From IMG/VR virus record IMGVR_UViG_2061766007_000756: 46,520 bases of DNA; one strand, written 5' to 3'. The DNA comes from an uncultured virus (IMG/VR IMGVR_UViG_2061766007_000756). Lineage: Duplodnaviria; Heunggongvirae; Uroviricota; Caudoviricetes. The notes below the pieces were generated by a model. That model was not told the DNA's origin and did no database searches. It saw nothing but the letters and a program-made list of their open reading frames with translations. A program made the position numbers and the translations under genes. Below, in pieces: positions 31,801-45,236 of the stretch. Each line of letters starts with the position of its first letter. Position 1 is the first letter of the stretch.

Positions 31801-34800
31801 ACAAGAATATTGCAGCCGAATCAGACGAAGACTTAGTTGCCGCAACAGAGTTTATTTATCAAATTAAAAATTATTTTGTTCCCACTTTTACCAATAATAC
31901 AATTTATTGCCGAGTTGTAAAAAGTGGAACGCCATTTGATGCTGAACAATTATTTACTTTTGCTTCTCTTGGTACAAATGGTACAGATTATTCATTAACT
32001 ATTACTCCAGCTACAAACCAGGCTGCAGTAAAAAATAATGAAGCTTTGTAGTTACAAGTTAAATTGTTTGACTGCAATGGCGATCAAATATTTTCAACAC
32101 CAATTGATACTTCATTATATGGAAAATCATATAATGGCGTTGGTAGTAATGCAACTGAAGCCGCTCCTGTGATTGTAGGCGGGGCCGCACCGAATATCTT
32201 AGTATCACGTTTACAAGCTGGTTCTCAATATGGATATTCAGTTTTAAAAGCTTCAGCTACAGTCGAGTTAGCTTATGAAACAGACGGATAGGTAGAAAGC
32301 AATGACCCATTATTAAGTCAAACTGGATAGGTTGATGAAAATGGAGATTTGGTATTAGATAATGGAAGTGCTAGTTCTACAAATAAAAAAACAAGAACTA
32401 TTACTCTTGAATCATATTATCCGATTCCTTGGTCTGCTGGAGACTATTATATTGAAGGGGCTTCTGTAGTAGTATATGATTCTTTAGGACAACATCCAAC
32501 ATATTATAGTGATCCATTTGTTTTATATAATATGGTAGATAATTCTAAAGTTGAAGGACAAAGATGGTCTATTCAATGTTATCCTGTTAATTAGAAAAAA
32601 ACGACTTTAATTTCAAGTTATATGCCTTGGATTAAACATATAACATCTGATTAGAATGGAAATGAAGTAGATGAGTATCGTTTACAAGTGTCCAATATGT
32701 ATTTAGCAGATAATGATTATGTTTGTTCTGCTGTATGTACTCTTGCTGGTTAGGTAATATATGTTCAACCAATTTTAATAATTAAAAATAGATTTTCCAG
32801 TCCTATGTTGAATAATTGGGATGGAGAATTGACAATTGACAAAAAAAATGGTACAATATTAGCGTCAATGGTAGGTGCCGGTAAAAAAGAAAAAGATAAT
32901 ACTTTTTCTGGAGTGCTTATGGGTGAAGTTGCCGCAAAGACAGAAGATAATTCTACTTCTATCGGAATGTATGGATACAATCATGGCGAGCAATCATTTG
33001 GTTTCCGTGATGATGGTACTGCATTTTTAGGTAAAGCTGGGCGCGGTCGTATTGAATTTAATGGTAATGAAGGCCGCATTCAAAGTGCTTCATATGCAGA
33101 CGCTGTTAATGATGGCGCTAAAACCGGTATGATGATTGATTTAGATGATGCTTGGATTGATATGCGTGGTGCATATGTTTTAGAGCAAAGCAAACAATCT
33201 ACAAGATGGCAATATGATGTACCAAATAGTCAAAATAATAATGAAGTAAATAGAACTACTTAGAATCTTAATAGTGATTATAGTACTTTATTACCAAATT
33301 TAACTCAATATGGTGCTTCTGGTAGTCAAGTTAAAATTTCTGCAACAGATCCATTTTTGATTGTTAAGACTCCTGGAGTATATTATTATACAGATAGTTA
33401 TTTAACATCTCCAGAAAATAGTAAAATTGATGCTTATAAATCATTTTGGGAATCTATCCCTTATTATGGAGATTAGATGCCTTGGCATACAAATGCTTAG
33501 GGATAGAATGATTATGACGAAGCTAAAGCGCGTGCTTATATTGTAGATTATTTGAATTGTACATATAATATTTATAATGCAGAAAAATATTATAATGACA
33601 ATTATACAATGGGTCAAGCAACAGCTGGTAGTAAAAAAAGTCCTGTTGACTTTTTATTAGCAATTGTTGGATAGCCGTCAAACGCATATTTTAAAGTTGT
33701 AGAAAATATTGAATCAAATGTAATTGCTAATTCAACATTAGCAACGTATATGGTTGATTGGGCTGGTTTAGGTATTTCTATTGCTAATAACGCTCATGAA
33801 GCTGCTTATACAACATCTGATATTTAGCAATATGATGAAGTTATGTATGAAAATGATTATTTGTATTGCTATATGGATAATGGTGCAGAAACCTTAGCGC
33901 GTAATGATCATTTAAAAATTCAATATATCTCAAAAGATGATGCTAAACTATTGGGTCTTAATAAGGCTTCTTATCCAAAAAAATTAAAAGATGGTAATTA
34001 GGCTACATTTGTTAATGCTGATGGTTTAGAAATTACTAGCGTAATTCTTAGAAGTGCTAGCGGTGGTGGTTCAACTAATTTAGTATCTCTTGGTACAAGC
34101 GTTGAGGATATTGCTACTAAAATTATTGCATCTTTAAGAGAATCTGTATTAGCTAATTCGGCTACTGGATATGCAAATAGATATTGTGTTAAGTTTTTAA
34201 GTAAATCTGATTTTGTAAGATGTTCAGACATGTATAAAACTGGACAAAACGGCAATAAAAAAGACCCAACAGATATCCTTTATGTTGGTATAAATGAATA
34301 TTTTTTATAGACTGATAATTTTTAGTCAGGTTCACTTGCTCAAAGTTATCAAGATGGCAGAGGATTAAAATTTGATTTAAAGCGTGGTTCATTAGAAGCT
34401 TATAATTTTACACTATTTGCCGCAAATCCAAGCACACAAAATGATGGTGCTAATTATGTAAAAATTAGTAGTAGTGGAGATCCATATATAAGAGTTGTAA
34501 ATAATGATGTATAGTTATTAAATATTACAACTAATAAATTCTTATTACAGTCTCAAAATTGGGATGGAACTACAGCTGGTACTCAAATTGATGTGGCCGC
34601 AGGTAAAATTACATCATATAATTTTAAACTTGTGGCGTATGATAAAGATAAACCAAATTCATATATTAAATTTTCAAGTGGTGGTAATCCATATTTACAA
34701 ATTAAATATGATGGTATTNNNNNNNNNNNNNNNNNNNNNNNNNCAATCTGCCAATTGGAGTTCTTCTGATAAAACTGGTGTTCAATTTGATTTAAAACGT

Positions 34801-36775
34801 GGTAGATTAATTGGATATGATTTTTATTTACGAATGGCAAAATCGGGACATGCAGTTACTGAATAGGCAGGGACAGAAGGTGATAATTTATCACTTACGG
34901 CAACAGATCAATAGGGTATGATTGTTATTGATTCTGGCAATGATACTACTCCATTTATTATTAAACATACTGGCGCAGGATCTCATTTCTTTAAGATATT
35001 TTGGGACGGTTCTATTGTTGCTACTGCTGGATTAATTGGCGGCTGGAGAATTAATAGTAATAGTATCTGGACCAATGGTACAAGTGGCGATGCTCCAACG
35101 GCAAGTAGTACTAGATTAAGTTCTACCAATTTTAATAGAGCATTAACTGGTTTTACAAAAGCTAATTATCCTNNNNNNNNNNNNNNNNNNNNNNNNNNNN
35201 GTAGTAAATTTGGTGTTGCATCTGATGGTACATTGTATGCTAGAAATGGTTATTTCCATGGCAATATTTATGCAGAAAGTGGTACTTTTAATGGAACTGT
35301 TTATGCAAGCGCTGGATCATTTACTGGTAATATCTATGCTAGTTACATAGAGACTTCTGGTGGCGGTAGAATTGCTGGTTGGACAATTGGAGCAAATGGT
35401 TCTGGTCTTTATAATGGTTCTGTTGGTATGAGTCCGTCTGGTCATGTATTTTATGCAGGTGGTAATTTTTACGTTACTGATGCTGGATATATTTATGCTG
35501 CTGCTGGCGGTCAAATTGGTAATTGGGATTTGACAGACAGCGGATCACTAGTATCTCATGGCACTTCAGAGGGGTCCGCTGGTGGATCTGGAATTTTATC
35601 TGGTGGTACTATTAAAGGTGGTACAATACTTGGTGGTACATTAGATATTGGACCAGCATCTTCAGTGCCAACTCAAGGAAATGGAAATTTTAGTGTTAAA
35701 TCTGATGGTTCATTTGGTGTTAATAACAATAAATTTAAGGTTGCTAACGATGGTAAAGTTAGTGTTAATAATAATTTTATTATTAATACTGATGGTAGCT
35801 TTTCTGTAAATAATAATTTTGTAGTAAATTCTGCTGGCGAAATACAAAAAATGAGTGGAGAAACAATAAAAACTATAGAATTTACGAATCTTGTTACTGT
35901 AGACAGCAACTTTAAATTTTTAGGTTTAGTTGGTACATCATATCGTCCTTATGCTAGAGCTGGTAGTGAGGTTCAAAGATGGGTATATGCAAGTAGTAGT
36001 AATACTTATAATGGTGTAGATATGCCAAGTATTGCTTTAGGATGGACCACTGTTGGTGTTTATGTAACAACTACAGAAGCTTATAATAATGCAGGAACCA
36101 CTGAGGGAGACCCTAAGTATTATGTACGTATTCCTACTTATATTAGTCATAATTTACGTTATAAGTGGCGGACTATGATAACTCCTCCACCAGAAGATGA
36201 TACTGCACAAGATACACAGTTATATTTAAATAATATAGCTATGTATTCAGGAGGTCGTGTTTCTCTTAAAGCTTTTGTTGCTGATCAAACTTCTAGTACT
36301 GGAAGTGGAACAGGCTGTTTTAGTAAAGGTACAAAAATTATGATGTGTGACAAAAGTTATAAAAATATTGAAGATATTCAAGTTGGTGACAATGTTTNNN
36401 NNNNNNNNNNAGACTTGTGAATCAAGCAATGTTATTACTGTTAATTCTTATAAAAATTGTTTAGTATATAATATTATTTTAGAAAATGGTCAAATAATTA
36501 AAGTTAGCGATTGTCATCCATTTATGACTGAAAATGGATGGGGCGCTATTGATATAAATAAAGCTTTAATTTACCATGGAGTATCTGCAATTAAATTGGA
36601 TAAAGGTTTATATATTCAACAATATGATAAATTAGTCAAAATAATAGATATAGTAAAAACTAATAAATATGAAACTTTATATGATATCGGAGTAAATCAT
36701 GCGGAACATACTTATATTGCAGATAATTGTGTTGTCCATAACGTTGTAACTTGGACTTAGATTGGTAAAGCATAA
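28899..36775 (+). CDS. Giant tail tip/central fibre-like protein (~2,600 aa) with C-terminal Hint domain
   Basis: AAAGGAG RBS. The ORF fragments join through TAG or N gaps; 33261-34718 was hand-translated and has no TAA/TGA. Gly-rich beta repeats (AGLIGGWRI, GRIAGWTI, GQIGNWDL, FGVASDGTLYARNG). Ends TAA 36773-75. A hidden gene boundary inside a gap cannot be excluded. Confidence 0.72.
36316..36742 (+). other. Hint (Hedgehog/intein) autoprocessing domain, BIL-like
   Basis: Block A CFSKGTKIMMCDKSYKNIEDIQVGDNV, block B IKVSDCHPFMT, blocks F/G ETLYDIGVNHAEHTYIADNCVVHN. About 140 aa, no endonuclease insert, +1 residue Val. The frame change falls at a short N gap. Confidence 0.9.
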
Positions 36776-36801
36776 AAAAGAGTAAAAGGAGGATTAAAGC
36801 C

Positions 36802-37178
36802 ATGATGATGACTTTAAAAAATAGTGAAATTTATAATTATGCCAATGCTCTTGCACAAGAGTTTGGCCAGCAAGAAGTGAAATTACCTCTTAAGGTTAAT
36901 TTTTATCTTCAAAAAAATTTAAAAGAACTTGTNNNNNNNNNNNNNNNNNNNNNNNNNNAGTTTCTATTGCTCAAGAGTTTGGTACTCTAAATGAAGAAAC
37001 TCAGCAATACGAGATCCCTCCGGAAAATATTGATTCCGCTTCTCGTAAATTAAATGAACTTTTTAATCTAACTCAAGATGTAAAGATTTATAAAGTAAAA
37101 TTAGATGCATTTGGAGATACAGATATTTCTAATGCTCAAATGCAAGCTTTATTATTTATGATTGATGAGGAGGAGTAA
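36802..37178 (+). CDS. Small helical tail-associated protein (possible fibre chaperone)
   Basis: AAAGGAGG RBS. KLPLKVNFYLQKNLKEL, gap, then SIAQEFGTLNEETQQYEIP...ALLFMIDEEE, TAA 37176-78. Confidence 0.7.
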
Positions 37179-37183
37179 TCAAT

Positions 37184-39969
37184 ATGGCGGGAAAATTATA
37201 TCCGCCTTACATTGATGGAAAAGTGCCTGCTTTTTGCGGAACGGAACTTGTTGTTCCGTTCCGCCATAACAGAGCTGTTAGTCAATTNNNNNNNNNNNNN
37301 NNNTAAAATAAAAACAGTTTCTACTAATGAATGGGTTTGGACCATTCAAATACCAGAAGGTGAAGATAATTATATTTTACATGATGAAAAAACTGGACAA
37401 TATTCTGTGGTATTTAATTTAGCAGAGAAATATAGAGGAAGAAAAGATCCAGATCTTAATGATTTTAAGCCCTACTATCAATGGTTGATAGAAGGGCTTT
37501 ATTATAAGATTCAATTAGCATATATTGATAATTCTGGTGAGGTAGGTTATTTTTCAGATGTAGGCGTAACTAAATATACTTCGAAACCAACTGTTACTAT
37601 TGATGGTTTAAATTCTTATGGTGTTAATAATAGCTTATATGATTATGTTGGCGTATATAGTCAATTAAATGGCGATACGGCAGAAAGAGCTTATTCGTAT
37701 AATTTTACAATTTATGATTAGGCTGATAATGTATTTATAACATCAGGAGAGCAAATTCACAATAGTAGTTTAGATACAGAAATTTATGAATCTAAAGACG
37801 AGTTTTACTGTAATAAAGAGCTGAAACCAAATGAGATTTATAAATTAAAATATACAGTTACTACAATTAATGGTTTGATTGCGGCTAGCCAAAGTTATTT
37901 AATTATGAAGAAAGATACTGTGCGTCCATCTATTAATGCAACTTTACATGCTGAAGTTGATTATAATGATGGTTTTATTGCTTTATCTTTAATTCCTAAT
38001 GATGATAGTTTCTATAGCGGTAATTTTGCTATTGCTCGCTCAAGTTCAAAAGATAACTTTTCAACTTGGGATGAAATCTGCAAATTTAGTTTAAATAGAG
38101 AATCACCTTTGCGTAACTTATTTAAAGATTTTACAGTTGAACAAGGAATTAGATATTGTTATTCATTACAACAATATAATACACGCGGTTTGTACTCTAA
38201 CAGAATGTTATCTGAAACTTTATATGCAGATTTTGAAGATATGTTTTTATACGATGGAAAACGTCAATTAAAAGTTCGTTTTAATCCAGGAGTATCATCA
38301 TTTAAAAATGATATTCTTGAGTCAAAACAAGATACGATTGGAGGACGTTATCCATTTATTTTTAGAAATGGAAATATTAAATATAAAGAATTTCCAGTTA
38401 CTGGTCTAATCTCCTATTTAATGGATGATTAGGCTTATTTTTTGCCAAAAGAAAATTTGGGTGCGCTCGAGCGTGAAACCACTGACCTGGTCTCTGATAA
38501 CGTAAGAGCCGAGCGCATGTTTAAATTAGAAGTAATGGATTGGTTAAATGATGGTAACCCAAAACTTTTTAGGTCTCCAACAGAAGGAAATTATGTTGTT
38601 AGATTATTAAATGTTTCATTGTCTCCTAATACAACAGTTGGACGTATGTTACATCAATTTTCAGCTACTGCTTACGAAGTTAGCGATACTAGTTTTGCTT
38701 CTTTAGAGGCTTTTGGCTTATTTACTGCGCCAAATCTTGAGACAATGATTATGCGCTTTAAAACAATTCAGCTTAATACGATAAGTATGCCAACTTGGGT
38801 ATGGGATGAGGAGCATCCTTCTAAGACATATTTAAATAATCCTCCTTCTATTACTGAAATTAATGCTCATAGCTCAAATGTACTTGCCAATCTGCCGATT
38901 GGCTATTTAGGTGTGTTTGAAGGGGTGGCGCCAGATACAATTTTTGGATTACGTTTTGAAAAAACTTCTGGTGAAAATTTAATTGAATATATTAGAATTG
39001 GAGAAACTCAAATTTATCAAATTAATGCTGGTGATAATAAACTTGCTGCTATTTATCCAATTTGGACTCCTAATATTATAAAAGGGTCTGCGGCAGACAG
39101 AAAATTTGATGNNNNNNNNNNNNNNNNNNNNNNNNNNNNNNNNNNNNNNNNNNNNNNNNNATTTCTAATTTTGATGTAGAAGATAGAATGACTCAATTCT
39201 TTGGTTTACATGATAATATTATTGAAGAATTAGAAGATATTCGTACTTCTGTTGGTAAATTATATTGGCTTAAATTTCAAGTTCGTGATATTAAAGAAAT
39301 TTATATTGATAAAACTGATACAATTAATCGCGGCAATATTTATTCTGATGCTTATAATCAAGTAGGATTGACTTGGAGCGAAATTTTACCAACAAGTGTA
39401 TATGCAGATAATTCGGTTTCTCCAGTAAGATATTATAGCGGTAAAGATATTTTAGATGGTAATACTACTTATCTTGTTGGTGGTGTTGCATATGCTAAAA
39501 TGCCAGCAATAATGATTGATAATAATAGTTATTATTGGACAGAAGAAACATATGATAATTGGGGTAGTTCTGGTACATCAGTTAATAGATTATATAAATT
39601 NNNNNNNNNNNNNNNNNNNNNNNNNNNNNNNNNNNNNNNNNNNNNNTTACCAATTTAGATAATGTAACAAGTATTTCAATTGGGCGCATGATTATGGTAG
39701 ATTGTTATTATCAATTGGTATCAAAATCTTATTCTATTGAAGATGAAGATCCAGACCTTGAAGAAGTAAAACGTGCTTGGATTACACAAAATGAATTATT
39801 CTTTGATGCGGTAAGAAGTGAAGAAATTGCTGAATCAACCAAAAATACAGAAACTGGTAGTTCTGGTGAGCAATATATAAGAGACCAGTATGCTATTGTA
39901 TAGGTAACTTATACAGATTATATCACTGCATTAAGAACTAAATTAACTTTAGCAGAACAGGGGGGGTAA
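37184..39969 (+). CDS. Putative distal tail/baseplate protein with beta-sandwich domains (TAG recoded)
   Basis: GAGGAGGAG RBS, MAGKLYPPYIDG. Motifs FKDFTVEQGIRYCYS, DTIGGRYP, WLNDGNPKLFRSPTEGN. Ends TAA 39967-69. Confidence 0.65.
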
Positions 39970-39972
39970 TTT

Positions 39973-42900
39973 ATGTTATATAGTGAAGAGTTTTTAAAAC
40001 GATTAGATGAACATCGAGAGAAAACTATTTATGCAAAAATTATCTCTCTTGACTTAGAAGAAAATCCAATAGAACAAGTAGAGGGTACTGTTACTTCAGG
40101 TTCAGTTAATGTGGACGGCACTAGTGCCGTCCGCAGAACTTGTTCATTATAGATGGTAACTGAAGATATAAAAATAAATGAGTATTATTGGGGTCTTAAT
40201 ACCAAATTTAAGCTAGAAATTGGTATTGAAAATAAAATTGATACTAATTATCCTAAAATTATTTGGCTTAAAATGGGAACCTATGTAATAACTTCATTTA
40301 GCGTTAATTATACCACTAATACCGCAAGTATTTCTTTACAAGGTAAAGATAAGATGTGTTTATTAAATGGCGAAGTTGGTGGCGTAATTAATGCATTAAC
40401 TGATTTTGGTACTTATGATTTTTATGATGCTGAAACTGGTATTACTACAAATTATAAACTACCAATTAAACAAATATTATGGGATGCAGTTCATACTTAT
40501 GCTAATGAACCATTTCATAATATTATATTAAATGATTTAGATGAATTAGGATTAGAATTATTAGAATATCAATATGACACTCCATTATATTTAATTAAAA
40601 TAGCTGGTACAGATGAATATTTACATCCAATTATTGGACATTTAGATGTATGGGTTGGAGCCCATAAATATGATATTGGAGATAGTGAACATATTATATA
40701 TGATAATTTAATAAGTTCTATGATAAATAACAATGAGCCGGCTACATAGTTTAGATTGCAAGAAACTGTTCCAGATGGTACAGAACCAATATTATATCAA
40801 GCCGCAAAAGTAGAATATGGCTAGACAGCAGGATATCACACCTGTGATTTAGTATATGCTGGTGATTTAATCGCAAATATTGGTGATTCTGTTACATCAG
40901 TATTTGATAAAATTAAAGCTATGCTTGGTTAGTTTGAATATTTTTATGATTTAGATGGAAGATTTGTTTTTCAACGTCAAAAATCATTAGTAAATACTGT
41001 CTGGACTCCACAAAGACGAGATGGAGATAATGAATTATATGTTGAAGCATTAGCTTTAGCAAGTAATTCAATGTATAACTTTAAAGGAAATATTCTTTTA
41101 AGTTCTATTCAAAATAGTCCTAATTTAAATAATTTAAGAAATGACTATACTGTATGGGGTAGACGTAAAACTGCTAGCGGTGGAGAAATTCCAATTCATA
41201 TGCGCTACGCTATTGATAATAAGCCATNNNNNNNNNNNNNNNNNNNNNNNNNNNNNNNNNNNTGGACTACATTATCAGAAGCTGAAGTTGAAGCAGAAAA
41301 TGAAGGTAAAAAACATCGTTCTATAAGAGCTGAAATTGAAGAACGTATGGCGAATTTTCAAAAGAATCCAAATTTATATCCTAATGCATGGCAAGAAATT
41401 GTGCAAGAAAATCCTTGGTGGCATGTTCAAGAATGGGCAGAATATTATGCCATTTTATCTGGCGGCACTCCTCCAGGAAATACTCACCCTTATCATGAGA
41501 TGAGATATATAGCAAAAAGTGTCGCTAATAATATGACACAATTTACTCGCTATTGGCCAGGTTTACGGTTGCGTTCAACAACATGGACTGTCGTAGATGA
41601 GGATATTGCTAAATTTAAGAATGGCGGAAATTATCCTTTACCTTATACATCAGCTCAAGCTGTTGCAATTTATCGTTGTAAAGACCCAAATGATGGGGTT
41701 GAATTTGTAGCATATGATTCTCACTCTGGATGCGTTCATACATATGGTGAATGGTTGTCAACTGCACAATATGTAAATGGATGTGTAGTTAATGGCCATA
41801 CATATGACCCTTTTGATCCTAACTATCCATGGCATTTATTACCAAGTCCAGGTAGTTATGTAGATGGTATGCATAGTAAAACCTTTTTAGACCAAATGAG
41901 AACTAAATATGGATTATATAGAGTTGATGTTTATTGCTATGACCCTGAAATTCCGGAGAAATTAAAAGAGGATTTTATTTCATAGTTAGAAGCACAATAT
42001 GAATATGTCGATCCATATGAAGGTCATTACAAATATGAAATGGACTGGCGTGAAATAATTTATAGAATGGCTATAGACTATCGTCGTTATAATCATGATG
42101 ATGATTTTGAAGTGCGCCTGGCCGCAAACAACACTCCTTTATACCCTCGTGGTGTTACAGGATATGAATAGTATTATACAGATTTAGAGGGCTTTTGGAG
42201 ATAGTTGTATTATCCTGCTTTTGATGATGAAGAACAAAAAAAGCAATTAGAATATCAATTTACTCTATGGAGAGACATTAAAAATTTACAAGAAAAAAAA
42301 GATATATATGTTAAAGGCGTCTATAAACCAGTAGGCCAAAAAGTGAAGTCATTAGCAACGGAATTAGAAGAAAATGGTAAAGCTTATTATAGAGATACTG
42401 CAATGGGTAAATCATATTATNNNNNNNNNNNNNNNNNNNNNNNNNNNNNNNNNTACTTTTGTAAATAATTATGAGAGTAAATCATGGCCTTGTTTAGGTT
42501 CAACAATCTCAGAAGAAAAATTTATTAAATATGTTAATGCTGGTATATTATATACAAGAGAAATGCCTTCTATTAATACACTGTATATTCGTTATAATCG
42601 TCCAGAAGGATCGGATGAGATTTATCCATACTTAGAAATTTATAATTACAAGTCATCTGATGCGCCATTGGCAGAAGGGGAATCTGCGGCCAGTCTAGAT
42701 AACATAACTCATTATATTAAAGTTGTAAATGCTAGCGATCCATAGAATCCAACTTATGTACCAATTACTGAGAGAGCAATTTCATTAGAAGCTAAACTTG
42801 GTAGTTATACATTAATAGAAGAGAGTGCTACTGCATATAATGAGGCGCAAAATACATTAAATACGCGATCTGATATTTATACAGCATTAGATGAATTAAA

Positions 42901-43935
42901 GTTACAAAATCAATATATTCCTGCTAATGATGAAACATTATTAGGAATTAAAACACAAGCACAAGGTGATAAATGGTTTTTGGAAAATGGTTCTTTAACT
43001 AATCTATGGGCTTATTGTAATGGTCAATCGTTGTTAGCCACGGGTCTAACAAATGTTACTCAATAGAAAAANNNNNNNNNNNNNNNNNNNNNNNNNNNNN
43101 NNNNNNNNNNNNNNNNNNNNNNNNNNNNNNNNNNNNNNNNNNNNNNNNNNNNNNNNNTTTTCTGATTATGTTGTTGAACATGATTATAAAAAAGGCACAT
43201 TAGGCGGTACGCCAACCTTAGATAATGCTTTAATTTATGATGATACAAATTTATATTGTATGACAGATANNNNNNNNNNNNNNNNNNNNNNNNNNNNNNN
43301 NNNNNNNNNNNNNNNNNNNNNNNNNNNNNNNNNNNNNNNNNNACACTACTGGTACAAGATTGCCAACATTAAGAAAAACTTCTATTCATTATTATATTGC
43401 CTTTACTAATTTCTACGATAAAACCGCAGATTTAAAGTATCGGTATTGGAATAAAGATGTTTTTGATGCTCCAGAGTCGCTTAACTTTTGGTTTGATTTT
43501 TTAACTGGCGATGGAGAATTAAGACAATTTACTACACAAGCTATTGGAGATAGGCCAAAAGCTGTGAATGAGAATACCATAAAATCTATTTATTATAGAG
43601 ATACTCCGAAGATAATTTTTATAAGTGCTGAAAAGTTTGCTTCGGAGGAACACAAGACTGGATATAATTATTTCATTATGAAAGATGGTTATGATAATAT
43701 GTTTTCAATTTCTTCTCAAGGAATTGATTGCAAAAATCGTATTGATGAATTAATATATCAATATTCTTATTGTACTGAAAGTGTAACTTTACAATCTATT
43801 CCTATCTATTATTTAGATGTAAACAAAAGAATACATGTGTATGATGATAAATCTGGAATTGATGGCGATTATGTTGTTTCAAAGATTTCATTCCCACTTC
43901 AGTATAATGGAATNNNNNNNNNNNAAATTCTGTAA
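39973..43935 (+). CDS. Putative baseplate hub/Tal-like tail protein (TAG recoded; end approximate)
   Basis: MLYSEEFLKRLD...SGSVNVDGTSAVRRTCSL[TAG 40150], LQGKDKMCLLNG, FEYFYDLDGRFVFQ, RNDYTVWG, PIYYLDVN...GDYVVSKISFPL: the layout typical of hub proteins. Confidence 0.68.
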
Positions 43936-43956
43936 CAGAGAGAGAGGAGTAATAAT

Positions 43957-44298
43957 ATGGCTAGATTGGTAAAACAGTTTAGATATTATGGTGAGACAAG
44001 CCCACTTAATTACCCTGAAGGTGTTACGTATGCTGCGCTCGCCACAGGTAATATTTTTTCAAAAACTCCTGCAATCACTCAATTAGGAATTCAAGCAGAT
44101 CCTGACTTAAAATTCTATGTCAATAATAGTACAGATCCTATTTATGTTGGGGCGACTGGGATTTACGAACTTGACCTCTAGGGTTTAGGAACTATTTCTT
44201 CAATTCGCATTGATAGAGATAGTTTACGAAGTATTAATTATGAGACTAAAAGAAATTCTCTTATGATTGATATTATTTATGAAGGAGCTAGTTCTTAA
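43957..44298 (+). CDS. Hypothetical tail-region protein (113 aa)
   Basis: GAGGAG RBS. Reads through TAG 44179 (IYELDL*GLGTISSI) to TAA 44296-98, 2 nt before the next ATG. Confidence 0.75.
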
Positions 44299-44300
44299 TT

Positions 44301-45218
44301 ATGAGTTTTTATGGAAATGTTACTTATTATTTAAGCAATGCTTTCAATAAGATTGTTTACAGAAATGCTGGATCTGCTTCTGGTAGCAATGCTTCAGTTG
44401 ATAGCAAAGCAAGCCCCGGCATCCCTGCTTATGAGTATGGGTTAAATCCTCGTAATCGCAAGGATGAAACAATTTTGGAAACAGGTAACAAATGGATTGT
44501 GTTTGCCGATCCAGAAGGAACTGTACAAAATAATTAGATTAAAATCTTCCATCAAACCGTTAGATCTAATACGGCTGATGTAAGCGCATCTCCAGCTGTT
44601 TTGGAAAATGCAGAAAATCCTACTACTTTGTCTTTTGGCTCTATACTAAGCTTACCTACTATTACATATGATAATGCTGGACATATTGTAACAACTGGGG
44701 CGGTTTCTTATAAATTGCCAATACCACAAGGTGAAGAGGAAATTGATGCAGCCGAAGATAAACTTGCTTATTTAAGCTATTTATTAATTGGCACAGCAGA
44801 CCCAGATGGAACTGTTCCAGATCCTATTCCAAGTAATTACCATCCTTATTCTTATTGGATTATGCAAAATAAAAATAATATTGGGCCTTGGAATATTGGT
44901 AATGGAACATATCAAGACAAAGAGTCTTTAGCAGATACTGTTCATGAATTACTTTACAGAATTGGTCTTATGACTAAAACTGTTAATCCTAATTATCCAG
45001 GAGAAAATGAAAGTGAATTCCGCTATTCTTGGGTTGATGAAAGTGATCCTAATTTAAGATATAGAGATGGGTCAATTTTACAAAAAGTTGGTTATGCTGA
45101 TAATGCTGCGGCTGTTACTCTTGAATATGCAAGAGAAAATAGACGTAAATTAAATATGGTAATTGATGCAGTTAATACTAAACTTGGATATACTATTCCA
45201 CAATTGCCAGAAAATTAA
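44301..45218 (+). CDS. Hypothetical tail/fibre-associated protein (305 aa)
   Basis: ORFs 44301 and 44601 are in frame across TAG 44535. Motifs GNKWI and ITYDNAGHI. Confidence 0.7.
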
Positions 45219-45236
45219 TAAGGAAGGAGAACTAAA

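Noticed and set aside
36316..36742. Mobile splicing intein
   Set aside because: No homing endonuclease, +1 residue is Val, and the C-extein is only 10 aa.
1530..43248. Minus-strand and alternate-frame ORFs in the supplied track
   Set aside because: They are shadows of long + strand genes, without RBSs or recognisable motifs.
2875..45218. Decayed prophage with many pseudogenes
   Set aside because: Interruptions are exclusively TAG. Random decay would also give TAA/TGA and indels away from gaps. RBSs, terminators and motifs are intact.
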